In this document: piece by piece, positions 26,080 to 38,300 of the stretch | How positions within the stretch are numbered: position 1 is the stretch's first letter | Layout of the letters: each line of letters begins with the position of its first letter | From: Lama guanicoe | Taxonomy: Eukaryota | Assembly (NCBI GenBank): GCA_013239625.1 | Contig: MU054391.1 | Location: forward strand, 310,001-374,000 | DNA: 64,000 nt | Reading direction: 5' to 3' | Position numbers and translations under genes: made by a program | The notes under the pieces: model-generated | The model's database searches: none | What the model was told of the DNA's origin: nothing | What the model saw: the letters and a program-made list of their open reading frames with translations, nothing else

Positions 26080-27270
26080 CTCTGCGAAGGATATAATGCG
26101 ATGGATTTTTCCATTCTCCTGTAATGGTCACTGACACTTCCAGAGTTTCTCTTCTACAAATAATGCAGCCAAGAGGATGACTATGTGTCTCCTTGGGATA
26201 TGCCTGATAGGTTCCTTGAAGCGCAGACAGCGGGGAACGCTGCACGTGCAAATCTGCCGCACGCTCACTGCTGTTCACTGGTGTCTTGGGTGGCAGAGAC
26301 ATTGACACTCTGTGCATCCATTCATGGTCCCACATGGCTCCAGACACTGACCAGAGCGTGGCGATTCTGGGCTGGCATCTTGCTGGAGTTTCACTGTGCA
26401 CCACCCTGACTACTAGTGCCCCCTGCTTCAGTATCGTTATCACTGGGTATTTATCTGTGCACAAGTGTGCTATCTTCTGCCCGTTGTAGCAACCGGGCTC
26501 GGCATTTTGCACTGTCTTACAGCACTTCTCCATGCTGTAGCAGCTAATTCTCTGTGGGCCGTATCGCTCACCACACCTTTCTAACACATCTTGACACTTA
26601 GTAGGAAAAGTAGCCATGCCAATTTTGGTTTCAGAATTCTCTTGTTTACATAAAATTTAAGGGCCATTTTCAAAGCCCATGTAAAACCCTACTGGGATTT
26701 TTATTAGAACCACAGAGAACGTACAGATTCATTAGGGACAGAAGGCATCTTTCTCATAATAGGTGTTTCTATCCACGAATATCATATGTGAATCCCTTGA
26801 TTTTTCATTCATCTTTTTCAAGAAGTGCTAATTTTCTTCTCTGTAGACTCGGTTTTACTGAGCAAACAAACATATCATCTTCAAATAGTAGCAGTTTATT
26901 TTTTGAATCTTTGCCTCTTCTGTTTGTCTTGGACTATTATCTAAGAGGGACACTACCTACAGCACGCTGCCGAGTAGAAATGCTGTCAGCGGCCATCTCT
27001 GTCTCTCTTCTAATCAGCTATAATGTTTGCTCTATTTTCTGGTAAATAACCTTCATTAGTTTTCTGGTGTTTAGTCCTTTTGATTTGCTAAGAGTTATTT
27101 TAGAAAATCATAAATGGGTGTATACTTTGTTCAGATGCTGTTTTTTCTCCATCTATTAAGGAGATCATATGGTTTTTATTTAGTCTGATAGCAATTTTCA
27201 CACAGTCATATGTTTGTAATGTTAAAACCATCTACTCCTTTCTGGGATCACCCTAAATTAGTCTTGATAC
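26080..27270 (-). mobile_element. Old L1M/L1ME ORF2 3' region
   Basis: T-rich antisense L1 motifs: TTCCATTCTCCTG, ACAAATAATGCAGC, CTACTGGGATTTTTATTAGAA, and TCCATCTATTAAGGAGATCATATGGTTTTT. Confidence 0.75.
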
Positions 27271-27309
27271 ATTGTTTTGTTGTTGTTGTTGTGTGTGTAT
27301 GTGTTGTGT

Positions 27310-27790
27310 TTATATTTTGCTACAGATAATTTAAGTAACAAAATGAACAGTCCTGACTTAATACACACAAAAACTCACTGTCAAGTTTTGGAGACGTTCT
27401 GAAGCACACGTGGAACATTCCAGAGCTAACCACATATCAGGCCATAAAACAAGTTGAAATCACTACAAAAACTCAGTGTAAGACATAAAACTTTTCTGAC
27501 CACAGTACTACTGTTAGAAATTAGAAGTAAACTGTTATTTTAACATATAACAGCATAAACAGCATTTGTAAAGTAAATTAAATACTTCGACACATATTAC
27601 TCATAGAGGAAAAGCATATCAAAGAAATTTTAAAAATATGTATAGATAAATAATAACAAAAATACCACATATTAAATCTTTGGAAAACAGCTAAACAGTA
27701 CACAGAGGGCAATTTATAGTCATAGGTACTCAAACTAGAGGGTTTTTTAAGGGCTGAAAAATAATAATTTAAGAATATAAGTAGGCCCCA
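27310..27790 (+). mobile_element. Old L1M endonuclease-region fragment
   Basis: GGAACATTCCAGAGCTAACCACATATCAGGCCATAAAACAAG, TTTTCTGACCACA and CAGCTAAACAGTACACAGAGGGCAATTTATAG. Confidence 0.7.
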
Positions 27791-29653
27791 CGCGTCTGGG
27801 TCATGGAGCTGTCACTCGCGGTCACCTCTGCAAATGGGCTCCGTGGTCTAGCGTCCCCGTCCCCGCCACCTGTGATTGTGCACCAAGGCCCGTGAGGGGG
27901 TGGCCGCCTAGCTTTCTACCAGCCCACAAGCAAAAGCATGGCAGCCACCCCAGCCTGCGGCTCCCTCGGGGCCACCCCCGACTCCGCCTGGGCCTGCCCA
28001 GCCCCACTTCCAAGACCAGCTCCTGCGGGAGTGCGGAGCACCCGGGGAAGCCAGCCCCCAACACTCGGTCTCCCCAGAGCCGGCCCAGCACACTGGTGGG
28101 CTAGCTGCCTTCTCGGGAAGCCCACTCTCCCACTCAGGGCCACAGTGCTGGAGCTCCCAGGGCACTTGGAATCACCCAGACCTCCACCAGCACGATCACC
28201 TGTGCCCTGGCTCGGGAGGCCGGGGCGAAGCAGCAGCCTGGTGGCCAGCCTGGCAAAACGAACAGCAGGCCCCCGTCCTGAGTGGCCGCCACCAGCTGCC
28301 AGGCTCCCTTCCAAGGCGCTAGGCCCACAGGAGCCCGCCCCCTCCTCTTCCCTCCCCTCCCCGAGACTAAGCAGGCTTCGGCCAACAGAAACAGTTGGGT
28401 TCTTTAATATCAAAACAGCAAAACGACAAAAAGAAAGTTGAGAGAACCCCACTCTTTACTATCCAAGCCACACGAGAGCCTTGCTGGCGCCTCATAACCC
28501 TGTGCCTTGCACCAAGTAGACCATAAATTCCCAGCAGTCATCAAAAATACATATATGTAAATGTTTATGCCATTAAACTAATCAGATGGGTGGTTTAAGA
28601 TCTACTTACAAAACGACTAGTAGTCTTGAAGGCTCTATATGAGTCACATCAATGCGTCAGTAGAAAGATGAGAACCAGGCAAAGGGCATCACTGAGCCGT
28701 CTGGGTGTGAGGGCTGGGGCCCACAGCCCGAGGCACAGCCCGGCCTGCCCTGTCACCCCTCTGGGCTGCGGGACCCTGCTCTGTGGTCAGCCAGGTTACC
28801 AACGCCACCTTCAAAGGGGCTTTGCTGGTCATATCCCCAGGCGTGGAAGGGCGCCCCCAGAACTAACTGGAGGTGCAGTCACTCAGGACCTCAAGCTGAG
28901 CCGGGGTGGCGTCCTGTCTGGGGCTGCGGACCTGCCATGGGCATCAGAGGTTAGAAGGCCGGGGGTGGATGTGAGGCCAGCCCCCAGGACTGGGGGAGGG
29001 AGCCATTTGACTGGACACAGGAGGGCACGTGTACACACGTACTTGTATTTACACGTATTTCCACATTTCTTCATTTCCTGCGGCAAATGCCGGAGTTCAA
29101 AGGTAAATCTTAGCCGAGGTGTTCTGCCAGCTTCCCTTCCTGGGAGGCGCCTACGCTGGGGTCGAGCCAGCCACGCCCTGCTCCTTCCACTGCCCCTCCC
29201 AAGGGGGCCCGTCTGGTGTCCTGAGTGAGGTGGGATGGCGACTGGTCTGTCCTGAACATTCGCCACAAGAATGAAATGCACACCACACGCTCAGTGTTTA
29301 GATGAGAACTGCAAAGGGCTGAGGGCACCTATTTGGGTGAGAATTTCATGAAACATTACACTTTATGTCAGTTCTGTCTGTATTACTAACACTGTAGATC
29401 TGCTCCCTTAAATATCTGTCATTGACACATTAAATGTGTTACTGCTGCTGAACTGGATTTTTAAAAGTCAAACTATATTTACATGTTACTTCACAATGAC
29501 TAAAATCTCTTATACTATGAAATTGGCTTTCCTTATTTTGTGAATAAAAAGAGCTTCATAACCCTATTCTCAAATGGCATCTTTAGGTTACTATTTAAAG
29601 TGATAATTTTAGCTATAGTTGAATACATTTTGCTTCATAAAACTAAGGCACTT

Positions 29654-29735
29654 GGGGAAGACATAGCTCAGAGGCAGAGCGTGTCCTTAGCATGCACGAG
29701 GTCCTGGGTTCAATCCCCAGTCCCTCCATTTAAAA
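29654..29735 (+). mobile_element. tRNA-derived SINE, camelid Vic-1-like
   Basis: GGGGAAGACATAGCTCAGAGGCAGAGCG...AGCATGCACGAGGTCCTGGGTTCAATCCCCAGTCCCTCCA has an A box and a B box (GGTTCAATCC) plus an A-rich tail. It resembles the remembered Vic-1 consensus. Confidence 0.8.
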
Positions 29736-32700
29736 GAGGTTTAAAGAGATACAACCTCACATGAACCACTGATTTGGCCTTCACGCCTGTAAGCGTGATT
29801 GTGCAGTACTGTGAGCATCACGTAATCTGTACACGTGTGTTTAGCAGGAAAACCAAGGAATCTGTACTTTCCCCAGCAGCCGCGACTGGTCTTCAAAACT
29901 CTCAGCTTCATGGGGTGTTTTCACAACTAAAGTTAGAGTTGGGGTTAAAGGGAGGATCTCACCGATCAATGGATTAACTGTCTTGTTAGAATGAAGAATG
30001 TGAGAAACAGGAATGTCTGCTCGTGTTGTTCTAGGAAAAGCTGACTTGTTTATTCAGGATGTGAGGTGAGCATGGCGCCCCAGGGTCCCAGTGTCCTGTG
30101 GCCCCTGGTGGGGGAGCTGGAGGAGAGGGTCACGGCCGTGCCCACGGTGAGCAGCACCAGTGCAGGTGCTCTGGGAAGTGGGTGCAGGGGACGGGCAGAC
30201 GCCCCCGACTCTGCTGTGACACAGGCCTGGTTGGGCGGGAATCCGGGATGTCAGGCTCCCAGAGGGGGTCTCTCAGGAAACGCCCCGCTCTGGGACTCTC
30301 CCCGATTCTGAGGTGTCTGCAGGTGCAGCCCTGGGAGGGGCTGGCTGCCCCGTGGATGGAGGGAGCACCAGGTTTGGCTAAATCAAGCACCTCCACCTTA
30401 GACTCCGCACTTGAGCCCCACGGGAGTTCCTCACCAGGTTGGGGGTCCACACCGGGGTCGGGGTGGGGTGGGCAGCCAGCGGGTGGGAGTCAGCTAAGCC
30501 TTCAGGCCAAGTTCAACTCAGGTGCAGGAAGGAGAGGAGTGTCTTTCATCTGCAGGAAACTCCACAACCAAGACTTGAAGGTGGGACGGCCAAGCAGGTG
30601 TTTGGGGCGTTGGTACCAGCGCGCAGAGGGAGGAGCCCTGTGGGTCTGACCTGGGGGACCAACAAATTGACAGAGGAGGGGATAAATGGATGGATAGACG
30701 GGTGTGTGGTGGGGACCAGACTGGGAACCGGTGACAGAGCTGCAGGTGACGGGAGGGCGTGGAAGACGGGGTGGGAGAGTTTTACAGAGAAAACACCGAA
30801 GAAGTCACGGAAAGCCTCAGGCTGGGGCGCAGGAAACCGAGGTCCACGTGTCTGGAGGCGGTGGGACCAGCGTGGTGTTCAGAAAGGCGCTGGTGCCCCC
30901 TGCCGCCTCCGCTCGGAACAGCTGCCAGCCCTGCTCTCCTCCCCCAGGAGGGAAGCACCACGTCTGAGGCCTGTTACTCACTGAAAGGAGAAACACAGGG
31001 GCAGGTGCCGGACGTCTACTTTAGAGTCTCGCCCCAGCCTCGTTCCCGACACTCACCTGGAAGGGACACAGGGCACAGACAGGTGGTGTGGTTCCAGGTA
31101 AGACAGCAAAGGAAGGAAGGAGAGACGGCTGCAGAGCGCTGTCCTGGGCCTCCCTTCTGAGGGGCCGGGCAAGAGAGCCCCTCCATGGGCCTCAGCAACA
31201 TCTGAGCACCAGGGGGTCTCAGGGTGAAACAGGCCCCCAACCCACCCATGGCAACATGGGGAGTCCCCAGAGAGTTTCTCCTGTCGTCCGTCCGAGCTCC
31301 AGGGGCGAGTCGTGCAGCCGCCTTCTCACCTGCAGTCCCCCGTCCATTCCACAGCCGAGCATCCAGGCAGCCTGCTGGACTCTGAGACCAAACGTGGGAA
31401 CGTCTGTGAGCATGCCGGGGAGAAGGTTTTGGAAGTGCAGCCCTCCCCAGCCCACCCACAGCAACAGCAGGTGCTGTCCTGGGTCTGGTTTCCCAGCCCT
31501 TTCAGCGTTTGCCCGGACCTCCCTGAGCCAGGGAGGTCGCCTGGAAAGGAGGAGTCACTTTCTCGGAACACAGTCTGTCAGGCAGTATCATCAGGACGCA
31601 CAGGGCGGCAGGCGGGGGCTCCCAGCGTCTCCACGGTCATCGCTTCACGTCCATAGCTGTCACTGGGGAAGAGTTTTCAGACGGGGAGAGAGCTGAGCTG
31701 AGCTGGGGGCCAGCGGGGCTGGGGCAGAACTGACCACTCAGGGCCTGGTCAGAGGAGCCGAGACGCGGCCTGTCCAGGACACAGGCTGAGTCTGGAAGTC
31801 AGCATTTCTCAAATCTGGGTGATGTGCCCACCCTTTAAAAGTGGGGAAATCACCCAAATTAATTAATTTGAGAACTGTTTGCCTAAAAGACTAAATTTCT
31901 TTAATTCTATCAATTATTAAGTATCACTACAAGATAGGCCTTTCAAACTGCCGAAGTTAAAGATTATCACAAAAATGCAACTAGGCTTTGAAACACCTCT
32001 TCCTCCAGACTCGACTTCTGACTCCCTGGACCCAAGTGAGCAGAGGCAGACCCTGATGTGGGTGCGCCTTGCAGACTCCTCCTGGAGAGGAAGGATGTAG
32101 GCTGTGACTCGAGGGTGAGGGGCATCCGACGGCCCCGGAGCAGATGTGGGGCTCGTGGGAAGCACTGCAGACGGACGCTGAAACCTGCTGACCCCGGGCA
32201 CGAGCGGCTCTCTGCAACTGAGGACGGAGCCAGTGAGCAGGCTGTGTGCACACGGGGCTGTGAAGTCACACAGCAAGGCCCTGTGGGTGCAGGCGGGGTA
32301 CAGCTTCTGCACGAAGCACCAAACAAGGCGGGTGGAGGGTTTACGGACTGGGAACCGCGGGGCAGAGCCGGCCTGTGGAAACGCGCTGGTAGCCTCAGGG
32401 CCAACTCCCTGCCCGGAAAGCCGGCGGCTGTGCCCCTGGGGGCAAGTCACAGCTCCCCCGTCGCCTTCCATTATGGGGCCAGACAGCAGTTTACTTCTGT
32501 GTGTGGTTCATATGAAAGTGAGTTCAAGTATGTCTTTCCTCACCTGGCTTTGGAGAAACAGGAGTCGACGTGTATCAACACCCAGCAGTGAGCGCTGTGT
32601 TTGGATTCGTGGATTGGCTGGGTTTCATTCCGAGAGCACTTGGGTCACCAAGTCTGGGCTCCCTTGTTGTCGATAATCAAAGATGACCGACAGTCACGCT

Positions 32701-33023
32701 ACTCTAGGTGTTACCAAAAACGTGCTGATAGGAGTCACAGCAGTTGCTGTGATGAAACTGGCAGCACAGCTCAATGAACTGTCCTCTCACACCACCAGAC
32801 CTCTTCTCATTAACATGCTCGCGCACTGGCCCTCTTCTGTTTCCCCAGAAAGACAAGCTGTCCTCTTTCCCGCTGTGCTCTGGATGGTAGCCTCATGCCC
32901 AGCTCGCTGAAGACGGTGACACCACCTGCTCTGGTCTCCTTCTGGGCCCGCGGTTTCTCGTGTTCTGCCCCCAGAAACCACACAACGGCGATACAGAGTG
33001 AATGCACAAAGAACTAAAGGAAA

Positions 33024-33417
33024 TGGTACAGAGTTAACCTACTTTTCCAATTCTGACACCAAATCCCAGGGGCTGCGGATTTTCCTCACCACCAAGTGAT
33101 TCTCGATGCCGGCTGCGTGTGTCCCATTCAACTCAGTTCTGACACTGTCCGCGTGGAGATGGCGCCAGACCCCACGCAGGTTAAGGGCTGTGTCCTATGA
33201 GAGCCCCTCCACCCCCGCTTCAGTTGTCACCTGGGTGGCCAGGACATCACCTGTGCTTCTGACCAACAGGTCAGGGCTCCTGCCCCTGTGGGGCCTTCAC
33301 ATCCAACGTGGGTGGTGACTGAACTCCGCCTCCCGCCCTGCTCCCCTCCTGGGGGGTCAGAGGTCGGCTGGGACTCAGACCAAATGCGTATTTCTCATTA
33401 TAAATCACAACATCACA
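33024..33417 (-). mobile_element. MER21-like LTR, internally deleted
   Basis: Minus-strand start TGTGATGTTGTGATTTATAATGAGAAAT. Internal motifs TTCTGACAC...CAGACCCCAC.CAGGTTAAGGGCT and CACCTGTGCTTCTGACCAAC match the remembered MER21 consensus. Confidence 0.75.
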
Positions 33418-35199
33418 GTATTACACCAGGTCCTTGCAGTTTTAAAGATAATTATTACTGGAACGTTTTGGCCATTATCTGTGTATGAATTTGTGTATTT
33501 TTGATTAAGTACACTAACACATGTATATTTTATACATACAATTTGCCAAGAAACACCTGGCTCGGCTTACAAGCGTCTGTAAGCACGGTTGTGTTTCCCA
33601 AGTCTTCGACCGGAGGACACGCGTGTACGTACAGCAGCGTCCACACCAGGCCCATCCCTGAAACTTGCCAGACGTGCGCATCCCTCCGCTTCAGACGTGG
33701 AGCCTGGGACGGCCTCCCGCCGGGGGAAACGGGCTCCTCGAGTGAAGGCGGTGACACTCGGGGCATGCTGTTGGCACAGCGACAGCACAGCCTGACCTGC
33801 GGGGCTGAGGGTGTGGGCCACCCTCCCAGACACCCAGAGCAACACAGGGGAGGGGGCTGAAGAGCCTGACTTTCAGGAAGACCTGCTCAGGGAGCCGAGG
33901 AGGCTTCCTGGGCCGTAAAGCTGGCAGCATTCCTGCGAAGCAAACCCACGCTGCGCGGGAATGGCTACTCACAATTCCCAGTGCTTCAGATCCCAACGGT
34001 GTTTGCATCTTACTCACAATTTCTAAAACCCTGAGACACTTCTACTTGTAGAGCAGACTTGAGCTATAGCCTGAAAGTGCAGGAGACAGTTTTGTGCAAG
34101 ATGTTTCGCAGATACGGCCTTCTAGTTTCTTAGAATAACTGCTTTATCCTTTTGCAAAGAAGTCACTGCTTCCTGAGTGACCTCCCGCTGCTCACGTTAG
34201 TCCCAGGAAAGAGTTAAGTTTGAAAAAGTGAAATTCCCTTGTCGGCCTGCCTTTCATCCTTCAGTTGCACCAAAACGCAATTCAGGTTCAAGTATTAGGA
34301 ATATTTTTCTCTATATGAAAAATATAGCCAAACAGAACAAAATGCCCATGTATCTATACATGAAGATTTAAAACTGCAACTGCGGTCATTCTTTTCTAAT
34401 ACAGATTTGGCAAAAAGAGAAAAAAAAAAAAGAGGGCCTTTGAGCTGAGCAGGGGCCAAGGCACTTCGGACGTCGGAGTTCCCAGGTGAGCTGACGGCGG
34501 TGCTTCCCCCAAGTGCCAGTCTGCCCGCGTCTCCTGGAAGCTGTGGAGGCCACAGGGGACACTGGGTTTCACTGACCAGGTGGGTCAGGACCGTGCAGGG
34601 CACACTTCCCGACAACACTTGGCTCGTATCAGTGAGGTAATATTTTCAAGATGACTCTGAAATGCATCTTTAATGAATTAAGTTATGACACACCTGCAGA
34701 CAGTTGGAGCAACACATACCTTTAGGTGCAATCCTGAGCTCTCAGAAACCACACGATTGTGTCAGCAATCAATGCCGCCGTCATCTTGTGTTCCCGAAAC
34801 GTGGGCTGCGCGCCAGGCACATCTGTTCTGGCAGAAAGAAGATCGCTTTTTCCAATTTTCATGCCATCGCATTTGCTAAAATACCCTTTTGCATTTACAG
34901 TTCAGGGCAAATATCTTATTTTTTTTCTCCCCTGCAGACTTCATGCTTCCATAGGACTTTCCCAGAAAACAAATTGGACGACTCATGTTAGTTCTTCAGT
35001 AAATACTCACGGCCAGGACTGCAGGCGCTGTGGGGAGGACACAGAAGCAACGACACAGCCCTGGGTCCTGGAATAACTACTGCCATGTTCTATTATCTGA
35101 TTTGTCTTGTATGACCTCGTTTGTGCCCTCAGGGAAGTTATCTGCTTAGATGATACGCAAGCACTTAAAGGGATGGGTGAAACCAAACGCCGTGTGCTA

Positions 35200-35385
35200 C
35201 CATTTGTTCAGTAACGTCCGCATGCCAGACCCCAGGTAAAGTGTCATGTTTTCCATGATTTCCTCTAATTTTTGTCAAAACATCCCTTCTTCCCACTGAA
35301 ACTGAGGCTCAGAGAGGTTGAGTGTTTTACCAAAACTCAAAAAAGCAGAGCTGAGACACAGAACCAGGTTGTCAAATCAGAGCAT
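35200..35385 (-). mobile_element. MIR SINE
   Basis: Core GAAACTGAGGCTCAGAGAGGTTGAGTG, followed by GCAGAGCTGAGA. Confidence 0.75.
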
Positions 35386-38300
35386 ATCTGTCTCTTCCCA
35401 CCGTGCCCGCCCTGCGAGACCTCCATGCGGCCACTGTCGTGGGGTCTGCAGGACCGTCTCTTTAGGGGCCCTGATTGCCCGCGTCTGCCCGGTGCACGTC
35501 CAGACTCACAGCAGGGTTGAGGGCCGGCCCGTGGGTCCCCAGCCACAGCCCCCATCGGCCGGACTGCAGGCGGCGGTCATCCCAGGCGTCGTTGGCGGGA
35601 CTCAGTTCCTCACCGAAGGCCTCCTGCAGCTCTGGCCTCTCCAGCCTGGCGGCTTGCTCCACCAGAGCCGGAAACGGGCAGAAACGGTCACATCCCAATG
35701 GTGAGGTGGCCCTGTCGTTCTGTGCCAGTTGTTGGAAGCCCCTGAGCCCAGCCCACACTCAGCAGGAAGGAAGCTCTCGGGGCCTGAGCACCAGGACCGT
35801 CCCTGAAGGATGCTAGCTTGGTGGGGGGTGGGGTGGGGTGAGGGAATAACTGGGTTGACAATGAGTGAAATTTCACTCTCATCAAAGGACAGAATGTTCT
35901 CTAAAAATCAGAAGCACAGAGCCCTCGACAGCTGGTCCAAAAGCCAGTCTGAAGGAGAAACAGCTGTGATGACCTGGGAGCGGTGGCAGGGGTAGGGGAG
36001 TGCATGGAAGGAGGTGGAAACACGGTAAGGCCACGAGGACCCTGGAGGACCCCGAGGCACAGCGTGGCCCCCATGCCCTTTCCCAGGCTGACACGAGGGC
36101 TTGGGCAGTGGGGAGGGCGGTTAAAATGCAGCTCTGTGCACGGCATGGGAGCCGTAGGGCCTTCTCAGATTCCAGACAAAGTCACCTGGAAGTGATGGCC
36201 TGGCTTCAGGACAGTGTGGGCAGCAGGGGGACTGGAAGGCGGGCAGACACACTGCTCAGCGTCAAGGTCGGAACAAGGGCAGGGCTGACACTAACGGTCT
36301 TCGTGTTGGTCCCTGCAGCCACTGGGCTGGGCTGTGTCCACCGTCCCCACCCTGTGTGGACAGGAGGGAAGGGGGCCTCCTCCACCTATGAGCACGGCCG
36401 CTAGACTGTCCAGGGAAGCAATGTCCATCCCGGGGCCGGGACCCCTGCCCTGACGGCCGAGCACTGCTGCTGGCGTCGTCCGCTCGCGCCCACACGCGGG
36501 GCAGCAGGGGCATGTGCCTCTGCTCGGGGCTGGTGGAGCTCCGGACGGCGAGCTCCCAGGAAGTCTGCGTCCCCTGGGACCTGCCTGCAGAGACCGCCGG
36601 GCAGTCAGCTTCCCAACACTGCTTATCACCAGATCTTCCTGCTACAAGCCTCCATTGTGGGGTGTGTGTGACACCAGATCGTGGGAAACTCACCAAGTGT
36701 TCAGCCTCTTCTGTTTACTCGAGTGGATGCAATGGAATCAGCAGCAGCCCTGCCCAGAATCTGGGGAGTGAGCTTCTGGAATGGATTCTAAAATACTTGC
36801 AACACAGGGGTGGGCGTTGTCGGCCTTTGCAGTAAAGTCCGGTCAATCACGAGCTGCAATGCTCTGCATTAACGCCACGTGACCGTGTGTTCAGGCTGCT
36901 CAACAGGCAGCGGTTTTAAAGGGACTTGACAAACTGAACTCTCGGCCTGTTTTCCCTTCGAGAGTCTGCGGTGGAACGCCCCTCACCGCCCTCCCTGGGA
37001 ACGAGACGAAGGGAGTCTGCAGAGCCCAGAATTACCGCCCGTTACACTTTGCTCGCTGACGGGAGGTTTGGTGTCTCAGAGGCCCCACCACCTCTCCATC
37101 TGGTACAGAGGGACCTGTGCGCCGGTTCCACTCCCTTCAAACTGCTCCCAACAGCAAACCCGCCAGCCAGCACCCACAGAAACTAGGGTTAAACTAAAGA
37201 AGAAACACCTTCCTCAGTTCCAAAAAGCACTTTGGGGCCCGCCGCGCGCTAGGCCTGCGGGAATCCCCAGGGACTTGGATCCACGCTGCATGAGAACAGG
37301 AGGAGGCAACGCCAGGGCCCCAGATCCCTGCAGCCCCAGTGTCCCGAGCTTCTCCTCACGAGCCTTTGACGGTGAGATTTCTCCTACACGTGGAAAGAAA
37401 AGCTTTGCGGTCTATTAAAGGGTCTCATACAAAACAATACAGAACACGGTGAACAAAGAAACACACTGGAGGTGCAGATCAGGGCCCGGGGGGAAAAGCC
37501 CGTCTGTACACGAGACGGAGCCTTAGGGGAGGTCTGGCCTCTGTGATGCCCTCCAGGACCCTGCGTGGCCGAGGAGGTGCTGGCAGGGACCCCGGGAGCC
37601 GTCCCGGGAGGCAGGGCGCCACGTGACAGCTGGTCGCAAAGACGGTGGCAATCTGATGCAGGAAAGAGGTAGGAGCCCCCTTTGCCTCGTGGGGCCATCC
37701 CAGGCCTCAGTCCACCCAGTCTGGCCTGACACCCCCTCCACCGGGGTGGACAGCGCTTTGGCAGTTGCTCCTCTGGAGCTGATGCCGCCGGGCCCCCCGC
37801 CCAGACTCCCAGTGCAGGGACCCTCACGTGGCTCTTCCCTGATGATGCTTCTCCCACTGAGACCCCTCACCACCTCCTCTGCCCGTGTCCACCTTCTTAC
37901 GGACGTGGGGCAGCATCCCACTGGGAGGGAGCCCTCAGCCCGCCTCTGCCTCTTCCCCCTCCTGATGCGTGGTCCTGAGGACCTGGGCTTCACCCGGGGG
38001 CAGCGGCCTGTGCCAACCAGCCTCAGGCAGGGACGCTGATTCCTGGCTCCTGGCTCCAAAAGCTGACTTGCTTTTCTACATTCACCTGGTTGAGCTCAGA
38101 GGAAAAGCATTTCACACTCAGGAACGCAAGGAGAGAAGCAGTGGGGTGCAGACGTGTCCCCCATGGGGCGTCCGGGCGTTTGAATGCAACCACACACACC
38201 GCAGACCATGGCCTCCCCACCTCCCACGGCTGCGCTGCCCGCGTCCGACCCCCGGATGTTCTGGCCAGGGCTTCGAGACCTGCCTGCAGTTCAGGTGTGG

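Noticed and set aside
29654-29728. tRNA-Ala-like gene
   Set aside because: The acceptor stem pairs poorly, there is an A-rich tail, and it matches a tRNA-derived SINE.
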